A program made the position numbers and the translations under genes. A DNA stretch of 64,000 nucleotides from Nitrosopumilus sp. (GTDB taxonomy: Archaea; Thermoproteota; Nitrososphaeria; Nitrososphaerales; Nitrosopumilaceae): the NCBI GenBank assembly GCA_965206745.1, contig OZ242220.1, forward strand, positions 832,001 through 896,000. Reading direction: 5' to 3'. Below the pieces are notes generated by a model, which did not search any database, had not been told where the DNA came from, and saw only the letters and a list, made by a program, of their open reading frames with translations. Below are positions 51,666 to 61,291 of this stretch, piece after piece. Each line of letters begins with the position of its first letter. Within the stretch, counting starts at the first letter, position 1.

Positions 51666-52670
51666 TTGGATGATGAATTATTAGAAAAAGACATACAACG
51701 TCTAAGAGATTTACAGATTAAACTAAAAGAAGAATTTGGAATTATTGATATTTATTCCAATAGTAAAATCTATGAAATAATAATCGCTAATGAGTTAGGA
51801 CATACGCCCATAGCAGGACATTCTGGGACAAGAAATGGAAAAACCGAGAATGGTGAATTTGAATACAAGCATTATAAGGAACGAAGTTCGAATCACAGCT
51901 GGGCATTTAACGACTATTCTGATACCGTAATTGAAGGATTAAAGGGGGCTGAATCCGTTATCTTTGCACATATTGACAATGATGATGAGAGTGGCCAAAA
52001 ATTTGATTGGTATATTGAAGTACAAGGTACTATTTGTTCTGACTATTTGAGACAACGTACAGAAAAACTTCTAAAAGAAAAACCAAAAGGAAGAGTCAAT
52101 GCGAGGAGAATGATTAACTTTTCACCCCAACAACTCATGAAAGATCTAAAAATTCCTAAAACTTGGATTACACCAATATTTGACAAAGGAAAATACACAA
52201 CCTGCATAGATGAGTTAAATGAAATAGTATTATCCATAGAGAAAAATACAGGAATTAAACAAATTTTAACAAGTAACAAATTATGGGAATTGGTTGTATC
52301 TATTCCTTTAAAACATCAAGTATTGTCTGAACAGTCTGGACATGATGCGATAGATGCTGTCGGAAATTATTATGAGTACAAAGTATCTACCAGTCATTCA
52401 TGGAATTTTCAGGATATATCTGAGACAGTGCTAAAAAAATACGAATCAGATAAAGAGATAATATTGGGAGTCATTGACAAAAAAATTATCAAAATACATG
52501 AAATTTATATTGCAAATTCAAAAGATGTTGTGAATTTACTTAGATGTAAACTTGTAGATAAAGAAATAAAATATAAAAAAAATGGAAAAGAATTAAGACG
52601 TTTGTCAATTTCTTTATCAAAAGGTGATTTGAAGAAAGTTAATGCTCGCATATTTACTGAACGCAATTAA
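51666..52670 (+). CDS. Putative restriction/nicking endonuclease with two fused PvuII-like domains
   Basis: Internal duplication. Domain 2 GHDAIDAVGNYYEYK resembles PvuII GNDAVDNAGQEYELK (recalled). Flanked by two MTases. Confidence 0.75.
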   Translation: MDDELLEKDIQRLRDLQIKLKEEFGIIDIYSNSKIYEIIIANELGHTPIAGHSGTRNGKTENGEFEYKHYKERSSNHSWAFNDYSDTVIEGLKGAESVIFAHIDNDDESGQKFDWYIEVQGTICSDYLRQRTEKLLKEKPKGRVNARRMINFSPQQLMKDLKIPKTWITPIFDKGKYTTCIDELNEIVLSIEKNTGIKQILTSNKLWELVVSIPLKHQVLSEQSGHDAIDAVGNYYEYKVSTSHSWNFQDISETVLKKYESDKEIILGVIDKKIIKIHEIYIANSKDVVNLLRCKLVDKEIKYKKNGKELRRLSISLSKGDLKKVNARIFTERN

Positions 52671-53406
52671 CAATCTTTTCCTGTTGATGTATACGGATAG
52701 ATTCTTTCTCAATGCTTTTTTTTGCATCCATACAGTATTTTTTATTAGTTTCGAAACCAATATAATTCCTATTCAACTGTTTACAAGCAATACCTGTTGT
52801 TCCAGAACCCATGAAAATATCCAACACTATGGCATTTTCTTGAGTTGTCAATTCTATTAATTCCTTGAACAATCCTAATGGTTTCTGTGTGGGGTGTACT
52901 CTGCTTTTTCCTTTTGGAGCCTGATATTTGAATATGTTGTGGGTACAGTATCCACCAAAAAAGGCACTATTCTTTTTCCCAATTATTGCAGACTCCCACG
53001 CGTTTAGTAGTTTTGACTTTCCGTTGAGAGGTATTGGATCTGGTTTTTGCCATACTATAACATCGATTGCTTTGAAACCATGTTTTTCAAAATAACTCCA
53101 GTATTTGCTTATGTCTTGTTTTGCACAGAATATGATTGCCCATCCTTTTACTTTCTTTAGTGCCACATCAGCCCATTTGATAAATTGTTCATTGTCCTGC
53201 CATGATTGATCCCATTTGCCATAATCAAAATCCAATTTTGCAGTAGTTCCTAATTTTTGACCTTTACAGTTCAATTTCTGACTTATGCCATAAGGAGGAT
53301 CTGTAATCAATAGATCAATGCTGCTGTCTGGAATCTTGTCTAATCCTTTCACTCCATCTGAATTATAAATTCTGTTTAATACCAGATCACCATGTTTTTT
53401 TAGCAT
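52654..53406 (-). CDS. Beta-class N4-C/N6-A DNA methyltransferase (M2)
   Basis: ITDPPY, HPTQKP, LDIFMGSGTT. Confidence 0.93.
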   Translation of the reverse strand: MLKKHGDLVLNRIYNSDGVKGLDKIPDSSIDLLITDPPYGISQKLNCKGQKLGTTAKLDFDYGKWDQSWQDNEQFIKWADVALKKVKGWAIIFCAKQDISKYWSYFEKHGFKAIDVIVWQKPDPIPLNGKSKLLNAWESAIIGKKNSAFFGGYCTHNIFKYQAPKGKSRVHPTQKPLGLFKELIELTTQENAIVLDIFMGSGTTGIACKQLNRNYIGFETNKKYCMDAKKSIEKESIRIHQQEKIVNCVQ

Positions 53407-53465
53407 GTGATATTTTGAATATTTAGGTGATTATATAAAACCTAAATTTTCTCCCTTATTACGTA

Positions 53466-53600
53466 ATGATCTGTGCTTCTTGTGAAATGAGAAATCATTT
53501 TGAGTGTATTGATTGTCAAAACGATCATAAAACCTATCTATGCAATTGTGATTGCCATGATGAAAATACTAAATCGCATGGGTCTAGTGAGACTCGTTAG
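53466..53600 (+). CDS. 44-aa Cys/His-rich microprotein, copy B (not in ORF track)
   Basis: MICASCEMRNHFECIDCQNDHKTYLCNCDCHDENTKSHGSSETR. Confidence 0.75.
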   Translation: MICASCEMRNHFECIDCQNDHKTYLCNCDCHDENTKSHGSSETR

Positions 53601-53691
53601 ATCAATCACTGAGATCCATATTTTTGGTCTCCAAGATTGCACAGAACTATTCATAGAAAGATGTTTAAATTGAATTAAAAAATTCAATATA

Positions 53692-55701
53692 TTGCAGGCA
53701 CGATACATAAATCTAATAGAACTATTAGAAGGACGGAATCAATTCAATATACCGATATATCAGCGTACATATGATTGGCATCAAAAACAATGCAAACAGT
53801 TACTTGATGATATTATCAAGGCAGGAAATAATACAAAGCCAAAGCATTTTCTAGGAACAATCACATATCTATCTGAAACAACCGATGCAGTAGATGTTCG
53901 TACTCATCAAGTTATTGATGGTCAGCAAAGACTGACAACTCTTATGCTGTTACTAAAAGCATTGAAAAGTTCACCTAATGTGGATACATCATTGGAAGGT
54001 AAAATTGAAAATTTATTATTTAATCCACATGAGAATAATGACAAACGGTTCAAATTAATATTGACAGATGATGATGACTCAAATTTGAGAAATATTCTAG
54101 ATGATGATGACATGGAAATATCAAGCAACCTTTCTATAAATTACAACTATTTTAAAATTGAACTAAATAATTTAGATACTAATTCTATATGGACTGGAAT
54201 AAACAAACTTACTGTGGTAAGCGTTATGGTTGACCCAGAAAATGATGTACAATCTATCTTTGAAAGTATGAATTCTACCGGTCTTAATTTGTCTGATACA
54301 GATATGATACAAAATTACATGCTAATGTCTCATCCTCAAACCAAACAAAAGGAAATCTATACAAAGTACTGGAAACCTATGGAATCTAGGTTACAAAATG
54401 ATGATGATTTTGATGAATTTTTAAGAAATTATCTAATCATGCATAACGGAAAGATAATACCAAAGAAGCAAACCTATGAATTTTTTAAAGATTATATGAA
54501 CAGTCGTGATAGGGAAGAGGAAATTAAAAAAATGCATAAATATTCAAAATATTATGCAGAAATTCTAACTTTATCTGAGCACGAATCTACTAAGATAGGT
54601 ACAGTACTTCAATTCATACGTAATCAAAACACAAATGTTGCCTTTTCTTTTATGTTAAAGGTTTTATTTGATTATGATGATAAAATACTTGATGAGGAAC
54701 AAGTAGAAAAAATATTGTTATTAGTTGACAGTTATCTACTTAGATGTCATGTATGTCAAACAACCAAAGGTGGAAATAAGGTTTTTCCAGAGATGATCCC
54801 GAAGATAAATAAAAATGATTATGTAAAAAGTGTAGAGCAGGTATTGATGTCAAAGAGTGGAAACAGACAGTTCCCAAGAGATGTTATGTTTGCAGATAAA
54901 CTAAAGCAGGCACAGTTATACAACAATAGAACTATCTGCAAGTACATACTTGCTAGATTGGAATCTGATAAAACTAGAGAACTGGTTAATCCTAACCACC
55001 TCCAAATAGAACACATTATGCCTCAAACTTTATCTCCTTCATGGGATGATTGTCTTGGAGACAAGTATGTAGACATTCATATACGATATGTTGACACCAT
55101 TGGGAATCTTACACTTACAGGTTATAATCAAAAACTTGGCAATGATTCATTTTCAGAGAAATGCAAAACGTATGAGGAGAGCAATGTGACAATTACTAGG
55201 GATTTAAGCAAATATGAAGAATGGAATGAACGAACCATACAAGATCGTGCTGAGCAACTTGCCAAACAGGCCATTACAATATGGAAATGTCCGGAAATCC
55301 CAATAATATTTGACCCTGAACCAGATGTTCTTGAAGAACAACATCTTGAGGGAAAAGAATGCGTGGATCTATGGAGAACTTTGAAAGATAAAATTATCTC
55401 AGAATGCCCAAATGCAAAGTTTTACATGTCTACGATATATGGAGGTTTTAGAATATCTAAAGAAAATAATGAAAAGATATTGTGTACTATGGAGATCCTT
55501 AAACATCACATATATCTTGCATACAATACAAAAAAAGACGAACAAATCATTCATGTATCTGAATTTGTAAAGGATGTTTCATCTATTGGCACTCGTACAC
55601 TTGGAGACTTTAGGTCCACTATTCGAACTAATGACGACATTCAGAAAGCAGTAGAAGTGGTAAAGAAAGTATGGTTACATATGTCAGATAATCCAATTTA
55701 A
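53692..55701 (+). CDS. GmrSD-family protein (DUF262 + DUF1524 HNH) with extra C-terminal domain
   Basis: IPIYQRTYDW, IDGQQRLTT, IFESMNSTG, IEHIMPQ, IGNLTL...N..LGN..F.EK. Confidence 0.9.
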   Translation: MQARYINLIELLEGRNQFNIPIYQRTYDWHQKQCKQLLDDIIKAGNNTKPKHFLGTITYLSETTDAVDVRTHQVIDGQQRLTTLMLLLKALKSSPNVDTSLEGKIENLLFNPHENNDKRFKLILTDDDDSNLRNILDDDDMEISSNLSINYNYFKIELNNLDTNSIWTGINKLTVVSVMVDPENDVQSIFESMNSTGLNLSDTDMIQNYMLMSHPQTKQKEIYTKYWKPMESRLQNDDDFDEFLRNYLIMHNGKIIPKKQTYEFFKDYMNSRDREEEIKKMHKYSKYYAEILTLSEHESTKIGTVLQFIRNQNTNVAFSFMLKVLFDYDDKILDEEQVEKILLLVDSYLLRCHVCQTTKGGNKVFPEMIPKINKNDYVKSVEQVLMSKSGNRQFPRDVMFADKLKQAQLYNNRTICKYILARLESDKTRELVNPNHLQIEHIMPQTLSPSWDDCLGDKYVDIHIRYVDTIGNLTLTGYNQKLGNDSFSEKCKTYEESNVTITRDLSKYEEWNERTIQDRAEQLAKQAITIWKCPEIPIIFDPEPDVLEEQHLEGKECVDLWRTLKDKIISECPNAKFYMSTIYGGFRISKENNEKILCTMEILKHHIYLAYNTKKDEQIIHVSEFVKDVSSIGTRTLGDFRSTIRTNDDIQKAVEVVKKVWLHMSDNPI

Positions 55702-55973
55702 ACACAAAACATGGTGAAAAACCATAATTGATAATGAAAGAAAAAAAATTCCAAGTTTTCTTTAATCCCTTCCAAATCTTTGACGTTACGTCTGTACAAT
55801 TTCCCACATCTTATAATTTTTGAGATGCCTTTAGAATTGTAGAATTATTTGATTAACTAACTTACCTCACTTCAAATATAGGATTTTATGAATCCGAATA
55901 AAAACCATATTTCAGTCTATTAATCGAAGATTATACAATACTAAACTATTCTATCTGAGAGTGACATTCTAAT

Positions 55974-56159
55974 CTATTTGGATTCATCTAGAAATGTTTG
56001 CAGTCTGGGAAGTGTCTCCTCCTGATAATGATTTAACGTAACATGGCATTTTTCACACAACTCAGTTGTCACCTCACCATCCAACTCCTTGACATGGTGT
56101 TCTGTAGTATTTGCTATCTCTTTGCAGGCAAAGCATATGTTGATTTTCTGTTTTCCCAT
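55974..56159 (-). CDS. Minimal HNH-like Zn-finger protein
   Basis: CFAC...EHHV...LCEKCH. Confidence 0.6.
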   Translation of the reverse strand: MGKQKINICFACKEIANTTEHHVKELDGEVTTELCEKCHVTLNHYQEETLPRLQTFLDESK

Positions 56160-56315
56160 GATTCAGGCACATAGATGATTGATTTAAAATTATAGGCTCA
56201 AAAGAATAATTTATGCATGATTTCAACCCCTGAAAACCTATAAACATCAAAATTCAACCAATCAGAATTGTAAAAATAGATACAGAAATACTATCCCATA
56301 AGGGATGAGGCAACT

Positions 56316-56570
56316 CAGGATAAACCTGCATCGTGTCTTTGTGGAAAGGGGGACTTTAAGACATATCCGGAAAGGCAATATCCGATACATCTGCAGAAAC
56401 TGCAATACGACCTATTTTGTAGAGTCCTGTAAAGGATGAGCAGAAACTCAAAAGTGCCGGAAACATATTTGACAATATTGCATTTGGGATGAGCACTAGA
56501 GAGGCATCCCTTAGGACGTTTGTGGACTGGGGAGACACTATCTCATGCGACTATTCTGAATTGATCTGAG
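56316..56570 (+). pseudogene. Decayed transposase N-terminus (IS1/IS6-like Zn finger + HTH)
   Basis: Frameshifted pieces KPASCLCG / GNIRYICRNCNTTYF / FGMSTREAS. Confidence 0.4.
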
Positions 56571-57289
56571 AAACACAACAACTACATATGCAGAAATTCA
56601 AATTGGTAAATTTTTTGAATTCAGACGAAAACTTGTATTTCAGATCCTTACATCTTCAGAACAGATGATTCGGAGTGGCAGTAATGTTTGCAGTGACAGG
56701 AATATCCCTATGCAACTCAGGGCGTTGTAGGAATATTTTGTAAATATCTTGCTATTATGGTATTGTTCAGCAGGAATTTCTGCTGGGAACGGTATATCAT
56801 CAGCGGATTTGCCTGTCACGTATACTTCTAACGTGGTACAGTCAAACCAGCGAAAATCCAAACACGATAAAACAAAATATGTCAAATTGCATCATATATG
56901 ATATATATCTCCGAAACTATGTCTTGACTTTTCCATTTCCATGATTTTTGAATTGTGTATTAAATATTTAAAATGCTTTTTTATTAACGGTGCCTGATTT
57001 GAATTTACAGATGGGGTTTTTTTGAATTCGAGGAAGATCCATATTTTGTGCTTTGTAGTAACTTGACAAAATTCCAAGTTTGAGGGATTTTTTGGATCGG
57101 AATAAGATCGATATTTCAGATCATACATTCATAACCATATGCTGAAAACACACTAACTTGCCAAGGGGTGAAACCTTCGTTCAACTTAACAGAGCACCTA
57201 GACAGGTTTGTTTTTATCATGGTCTGTTTAATCAGTTACATGACTGACATACAAAGGCAAGGTCTGTCAATCCCGACTGGAACCGAACT

Positions 57290-57400
57290 ATGATTAAAAC
57301 CAAGTGTGATCGATGCGGCTCTGATTTGGGCACGGAAAGTAAAAAGACCAAACAGAAATTTTGCGGCAACTGTAAAAAAAAGTTTGATTTGTACCGTTAA
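57290..57400 (+). CDS. 36-aa Zn-finger microprotein (not in ORF track)
   Basis: MIKTKCDRCGSDLGTESKKTKQKFCGNCKKKFDLYR. Confidence 0.55.
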   Translation: MIKTKCDRCGSDLGTESKKTKQKFCGNCKKKFDLYR

Positions 57401-57408
57401 TCGGCCTT

Positions 57409-57684
57409 TTATTCTGCAGGCTTTTTCTCGACTCTCTTGGCGCTGTCTCTCTTTTTCCTTGCACCAAAACTGATCAAGATTAGCAAAAATCCCACCCCGA
57501 TGAAGATCCCTGAGAGCATCTGATATGCCTGGTTCTGATCCTCTGCCATAAACAGGTCAATTACCTCCTCTTCTGTCATGTTTGACTGGCCTGCAGGTTC
57601 CTCCACTGATGCTGCGATAAATACAATTCCTATAATGATCATTGCCACTCCTCCGCCTAGAATCTTTTTATCAACAAGAACCAT
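57409..57684 (-). CDS. Two-TM membrane protein
   Basis: Two hydrophobic helices and a basic tail. Confidence 0.75.
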   Translation of the reverse strand: MVLVDKKILGGGVAMIIIGIVFIAASVEEPAGQSNMTEEEVIDLFMAEDQNQAYQMLSGIFIGVGFLLILISFGARKKRDSAKRVEKKPAE

Positions 57685-57731
57685 CTCTGGTTAGAATTTG
57701 GACTTTACCATATATTAGGTATATGTGAATT

Positions 57732-58022
57732 TTAGAATCCTTCGGGAGGTCTCTGTACAAAGACGTTGCATACTAGCGCGTCTGTCTTGGTATCCCTGTA
57801 CTGGACGTTGCATGAAACAAACTTTCCCTTCAGTGCCCGCTCTAGGTCTTCCTTTGTCTTCTCCTCGTACTGCGGCTGGCTTGGGTCATCAATCTTGCCG
57901 ATGATTACCTTCTCGATCTTTCCATACTGCTCCTGGTTGTCCTTTCTTGTATGGCTGATTAACAGTTCAAAAGCATTGTTTGCAAGAATGCTCAAAACTG
58001 CCCCGCCTATGCCGTCTCCCAT
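57732..58022 (-). CDS. Hypothetical protein, possible degenerate SNase-like OB fold
   Basis: KIDDP...LERALKGKFVSC.V..RD...LVCNVFV pattern. Confidence 0.65.
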   Translation of the reverse strand: MGDGIGGAVLSILANNAFELLISHTRKDNQEQYGKIEKVIIGKIDDPSQPQYEEKTKEDLERALKGKFVSCNVQYRDTKTDALVCNVFVQRPPEGF

Positions 58023-58049
58023 GGTTGCTGAATTTTTTTTGTTCTATAA

Positions 58050-58886
58050 TTACTTGTTGGCAATGCTGATCTCAAAGTCCGGAACCAGTCCCTTCTGCCT
58101 TGCCATCTCAAAGAGTCTTCTGATGGACTCCTCACCTGGCTCTCCCATGTTTACTGTAACTCGGTTTACGTACATTTTTACGAATCTCTCAATTAATCCT
58201 CTCTCCTTGCCCCTGGCATACTGCATTGCGTACTCTATGGCATCATCAAAGTTATTCATTCCAAACTCGATTGAGGCCTGAAGGTATCTGTCAAACTTTG
58301 TTATCGTCTCCATGCCAAGGTCGGTTCTCATCACGTTAATCCCCAGTGGAACCGGCAGACCGCCTGTCGTCTTGTCCCACCACTCACCGACATCCAAAAT
58401 TTTGAGGTTCCCCTCCTGCTCGTATGAGAGCTGCGTCTCATGGATTACCAGCCCCACATCGACCTTGCCTGACTTTACGGCCTCTGGAATGTCGCTAAAG
58501 TTCATCTCTACGTAATCAAACTTTCCAATCATCAGTTGTAGTAGTAGAAATGCCGAGGTCATCTTTCCGGGAATTGCAATCTTTGATCTCTTTACCTCAT
58601 CTATGCTCATCTGCCTTCTGGCAGTGACTATTGGGCCGTAATTAATTCCAAAGCTTCCGCCGCTCCTCAAAATGGTATACCCTGGGATAAACGCACATGC
58701 GTGAACTGATACTGCAGTCACATCCAGTTCCGGATTTGCAGCCTTGCGATTTAGCTTTTCTATATCCTCAATTACGTGGTTTACCTCAAATTCTGCAGAT
58801 GGAACCTTGCCTGTAAACATGCCATAAAACATGAATGCGTCATCTGAATCAGGGGTGTGTCCTACTGAAATCTTCATGACTGTCAT
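58050..58886 (-). CDS. mqnD: MqnD-type menaquinone biosynthesis protein (1,4-dihydroxy-6-naphthoate synthase)
   Basis: GHTPDSDDAFMFY, DIEKLN, IAIPGKMTSA, IHE, LPVPLG, MYVN. Confidence 0.88.
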   Translation of the reverse strand: MTVMKISVGHTPDSDDAFMFYGMFTGKVPSAEFEVNHVIEDIEKLNRKAANPELDVTAVSVHACAFIPGYTILRSGGSFGINYGPIVTARRQMSIDEVKRSKIAIPGKMTSAFLLLQLMIGKFDYVEMNFSDIPEAVKSGKVDVGLVIHETQLSYEQEGNLKILDVGEWWDKTTGGLPVPLGINVMRTDLGMETITKFDRYLQASIEFGMNNFDDAIEYAMQYARGKERGLIERFVKMYVNRVTVNMGEPGEESIRRLFEMARQKGLVPDFEISIANK

Positions 58887-59032
58887 GCCGGATTCTCGTA
58901 ATAAATATCACAACCAGATTAATGTGGCAGAAAACAGACCAGTTGGTTTCCCAAAAAAGATTGACACAGTTTCAAACCCTCTGATCTTTTGGAAGGCTAA
59001 GGTTTAATACCTGAATCCAGAGTTTTGCGAAT

Positions 59033-61225
59033 ATGGCAAAATTCAAGTCAACTGCTGAGGTGATGAAGATCATCAAGAACAAGTCCAACATCCGTAACTT
59101 TGGTGTCATTGCCCACGTTGACCATGGAAAGACTACCATGAGTGACAGCCTTTTGGCGTACTCTGGAATTATTGCCCCCTCTGCTGCCGGAAAGGCACTT
59201 GCAATGGACTTTGACAAGGAGGAGCAAGAGAGAGGAATTACAATTTATCAGGCAAACGTGACCCTGCTGTTCTCACAAAAGGATCAAGAGTATGTAATTA
59301 ACATGATTGATACTCCAGGGCACGTCGATTTTAGCGGAAGGGTGATTCGAAGCCTTCGGGCAATTGACGGCGCAGTAGTCGTCTGTGACGCAGTGGAGGG
59401 TATAATGACTCAGACTGAGACTGTAACTCGAATGGCCCTTGAGGAGAGGGTAAGGCCTGTCCTGTTTATCAACAAGGTAGACCGGCTCATCAAGGAACTG
59501 CGACTGACTCCTGAAAAGATGCAGGCGCAGTTGGCAGATGTGGTCTCAAGCTTTAACACGTTAATTGACACATATGCAGAACCTGAATACCGGGACAAAT
59601 GGAAGGTCTCCATTCAGGATGCCAGTGTGACGTTTGGTTCTGCAAAGGACAGATGGGCAATCAACGTTGATCTGATGAAGGAGCGGGGAATCACATTCAA
59701 GGATGTCATTGATGCATACACCAATGAAAAGGTTGAAGACCTTGTAGAAAAGGCACCTTTAGCTGATGCCGTACTTGGAATGGTCGTCAAGCACCATCCT
59801 GCACCTGCTGATGCGATAAAGTACAGGATTCCGCAGATCTGGAAGGGTGATCTAGAGTCTGATGTTGGCAAGGCACTCCTTGCCGGTTCTGATGACGGTC
59901 CGACAATAATGATGGTCGTAAACATGGTATTGGATCCTGCAGCAGGTCCCGTTGCAATCGGAAGGCTGTTCTCTGGCACCATCAAGGACGGCCAGAACCT
60001 TCACATCATAGATGAGAAGAGAGAGGGAAGGGTCCAGTCAGTCAATTTCTTTATGGGAAATCAGAGGGAGCAGGTAGGCGAACTCGGAGCAGGAAACATT
60101 CCTGCCTTGTTGGGACTGACTGAATGCAGAGCCGGAAACACACTCTCCTCGATTAAGGGGATTCCAATGTTTGAAGGAGTAAAGTATGTCTCAGAACCTG
60201 TCGTGCAGATTGCAATTGAGCCCAAGCATCCAAAGGATCTGCCAAAGCTTGTAGATATTCTAAAGCAGTTAACCATTGAGGATCCAAACCTTGTCGTAAA
60301 GATTGACGAGGAATCCGGCGAGACAATAGTCGCTGGAATGGGCGTGTTGCATCTGGATGTTGCAACGCACAGGATTCAGGATGCAAAGTGTGAGATTATA
60401 ACATCCGAACCGCTGATTAACTATAGGGAGACTGTAAAGGGTCCGTGCGAGCCTGTCATGGCAAAGTCTCCAAACAGGCACAACAAGATCTTCATGAAGG
60501 TCGAGCAGCTGGAACCTGAAATATCACACATGCTAAGAACCGGTGAGATTAGTGATCTAAAAGACAAGAAACAGGTCTCTGACTTGCTAAAGGGGGTAGG
60601 ATGGGATACTGATACGATCAAGAGGGTAATGAAGTTTGACTCTCGTGGAAATGTTTTGATTAACGGCACAAAGGGTGTCCAGTTTGTTCAAGAGTCAACT
60701 GACTCTATCAACTCTGGATTTGAGGATGTCATGAAGGAGGGTCCTCTGTGCAAGGAGCAGATGAGGGACTGCAAGTTTATCTTTACCCACTTTGTCCCTC
60801 ACGAGGATACTGCACATAGGGGCCTGTCCCAGTTGGGGCCTGCCTCACGCAGGGCATGCATGGGTGCACTATTAACTGCAGGTACTGCCGTCTTGGAGCC
60901 GACACTTGCAATCGAGGTCCGTGTTCCGACTGACCTGGTTGGTAATGTTGCAACGATTCTCTCAGGCAAGCGTGGCAAGGTCCTTGACATGTCACAAAAG
61001 GGCGCATCAAGCATTGTTCTTGGTGAGATTCCCGCATCTGAGACATTCACACTGTCTGAGGCAATGAGGGGACAGACTGCAGGACGTGCAACATGGAACA
61101 CCTCCTTTAAGGAGTGGACCGAGGTTCCAAAATCCATGCTGGCAACGGCAGTTGCCGATATCAGAAAGAGAAAGGGACTGGCACCGGACCCACCTGGCGT
61201 TAACGAGTTTATCGATAAAGTGTAG
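59033..61225 (+). CDS. fusA: Translation elongation factor aEF-2
   Basis: AHVDHGKTT, RGITI, DTPGHVDF, NKVD, diphthamide motif HEDTAHRG. Confidence 0.98.
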   Translation: MAKFKSTAEVMKIIKNKSNIRNFGVIAHVDHGKTTMSDSLLAYSGIIAPSAAGKALAMDFDKEEQERGITIYQANVTLLFSQKDQEYVINMIDTPGHVDFSGRVIRSLRAIDGAVVVCDAVEGIMTQTETVTRMALEERVRPVLFINKVDRLIKELRLTPEKMQAQLADVVSSFNTLIDTYAEPEYRDKWKVSIQDASVTFGSAKDRWAINVDLMKERGITFKDVIDAYTNEKVEDLVEKAPLADAVLGMVVKHHPAPADAIKYRIPQIWKGDLESDVGKALLAGSDDGPTIMMVVNMVLDPAAGPVAIGRLFSGTIKDGQNLHIIDEKREGRVQSVNFFMGNQREQVGELGAGNIPALLGLTECRAGNTLSSIKGIPMFEGVKYVSEPVVQIAIEPKHPKDLPKLVDILKQLTIEDPNLVVKIDEESGETIVAGMGVLHLDVATHRIQDAKCEIITSEPLINYRETVKGPCEPVMAKSPNRHNKIFMKVEQLEPEISHMLRTGEISDLKDKKQVSDLLKGVGWDTDTIKRVMKFDSRGNVLINGTKGVQFVQESTDSINSGFEDVMKEGPLCKEQMRDCKFIFTHFVPHEDTAHRGLSQLGPASRRACMGALLTAGTAVLEPTLAIEVRVPTDLVGNVATILSGKRGKVLDMSQKGASSIVLGEIPASETFTLSEAMRGQTAGRATWNTSFKEWTEVPKSMLATAVADIRKRKGLAPDPPGVNEFIDKV

Positions 61226-61291
61226 TCACATCGCTTAATGATGAATTCACTCGAGCTTAATATTTAAAAAGAATCACATCTTGGATTACAT

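Larger units (their letters stand above)
50440..57240. mobile_element. AT-rich defence island (boundaries approximate)
   Basis: Abrupt shift to AT-rich composition; contains R-M, GmrSD and HNH genes plus transposase debris. No integrase or att repeat seen. Confidence 0.65.

Noticed and set aside
50400-57300. att-like direct repeats bounding the island
   Set aside because: Only a 6-bp match (ctagac) noticed at the two edges, which is expected by chance; no integrase.
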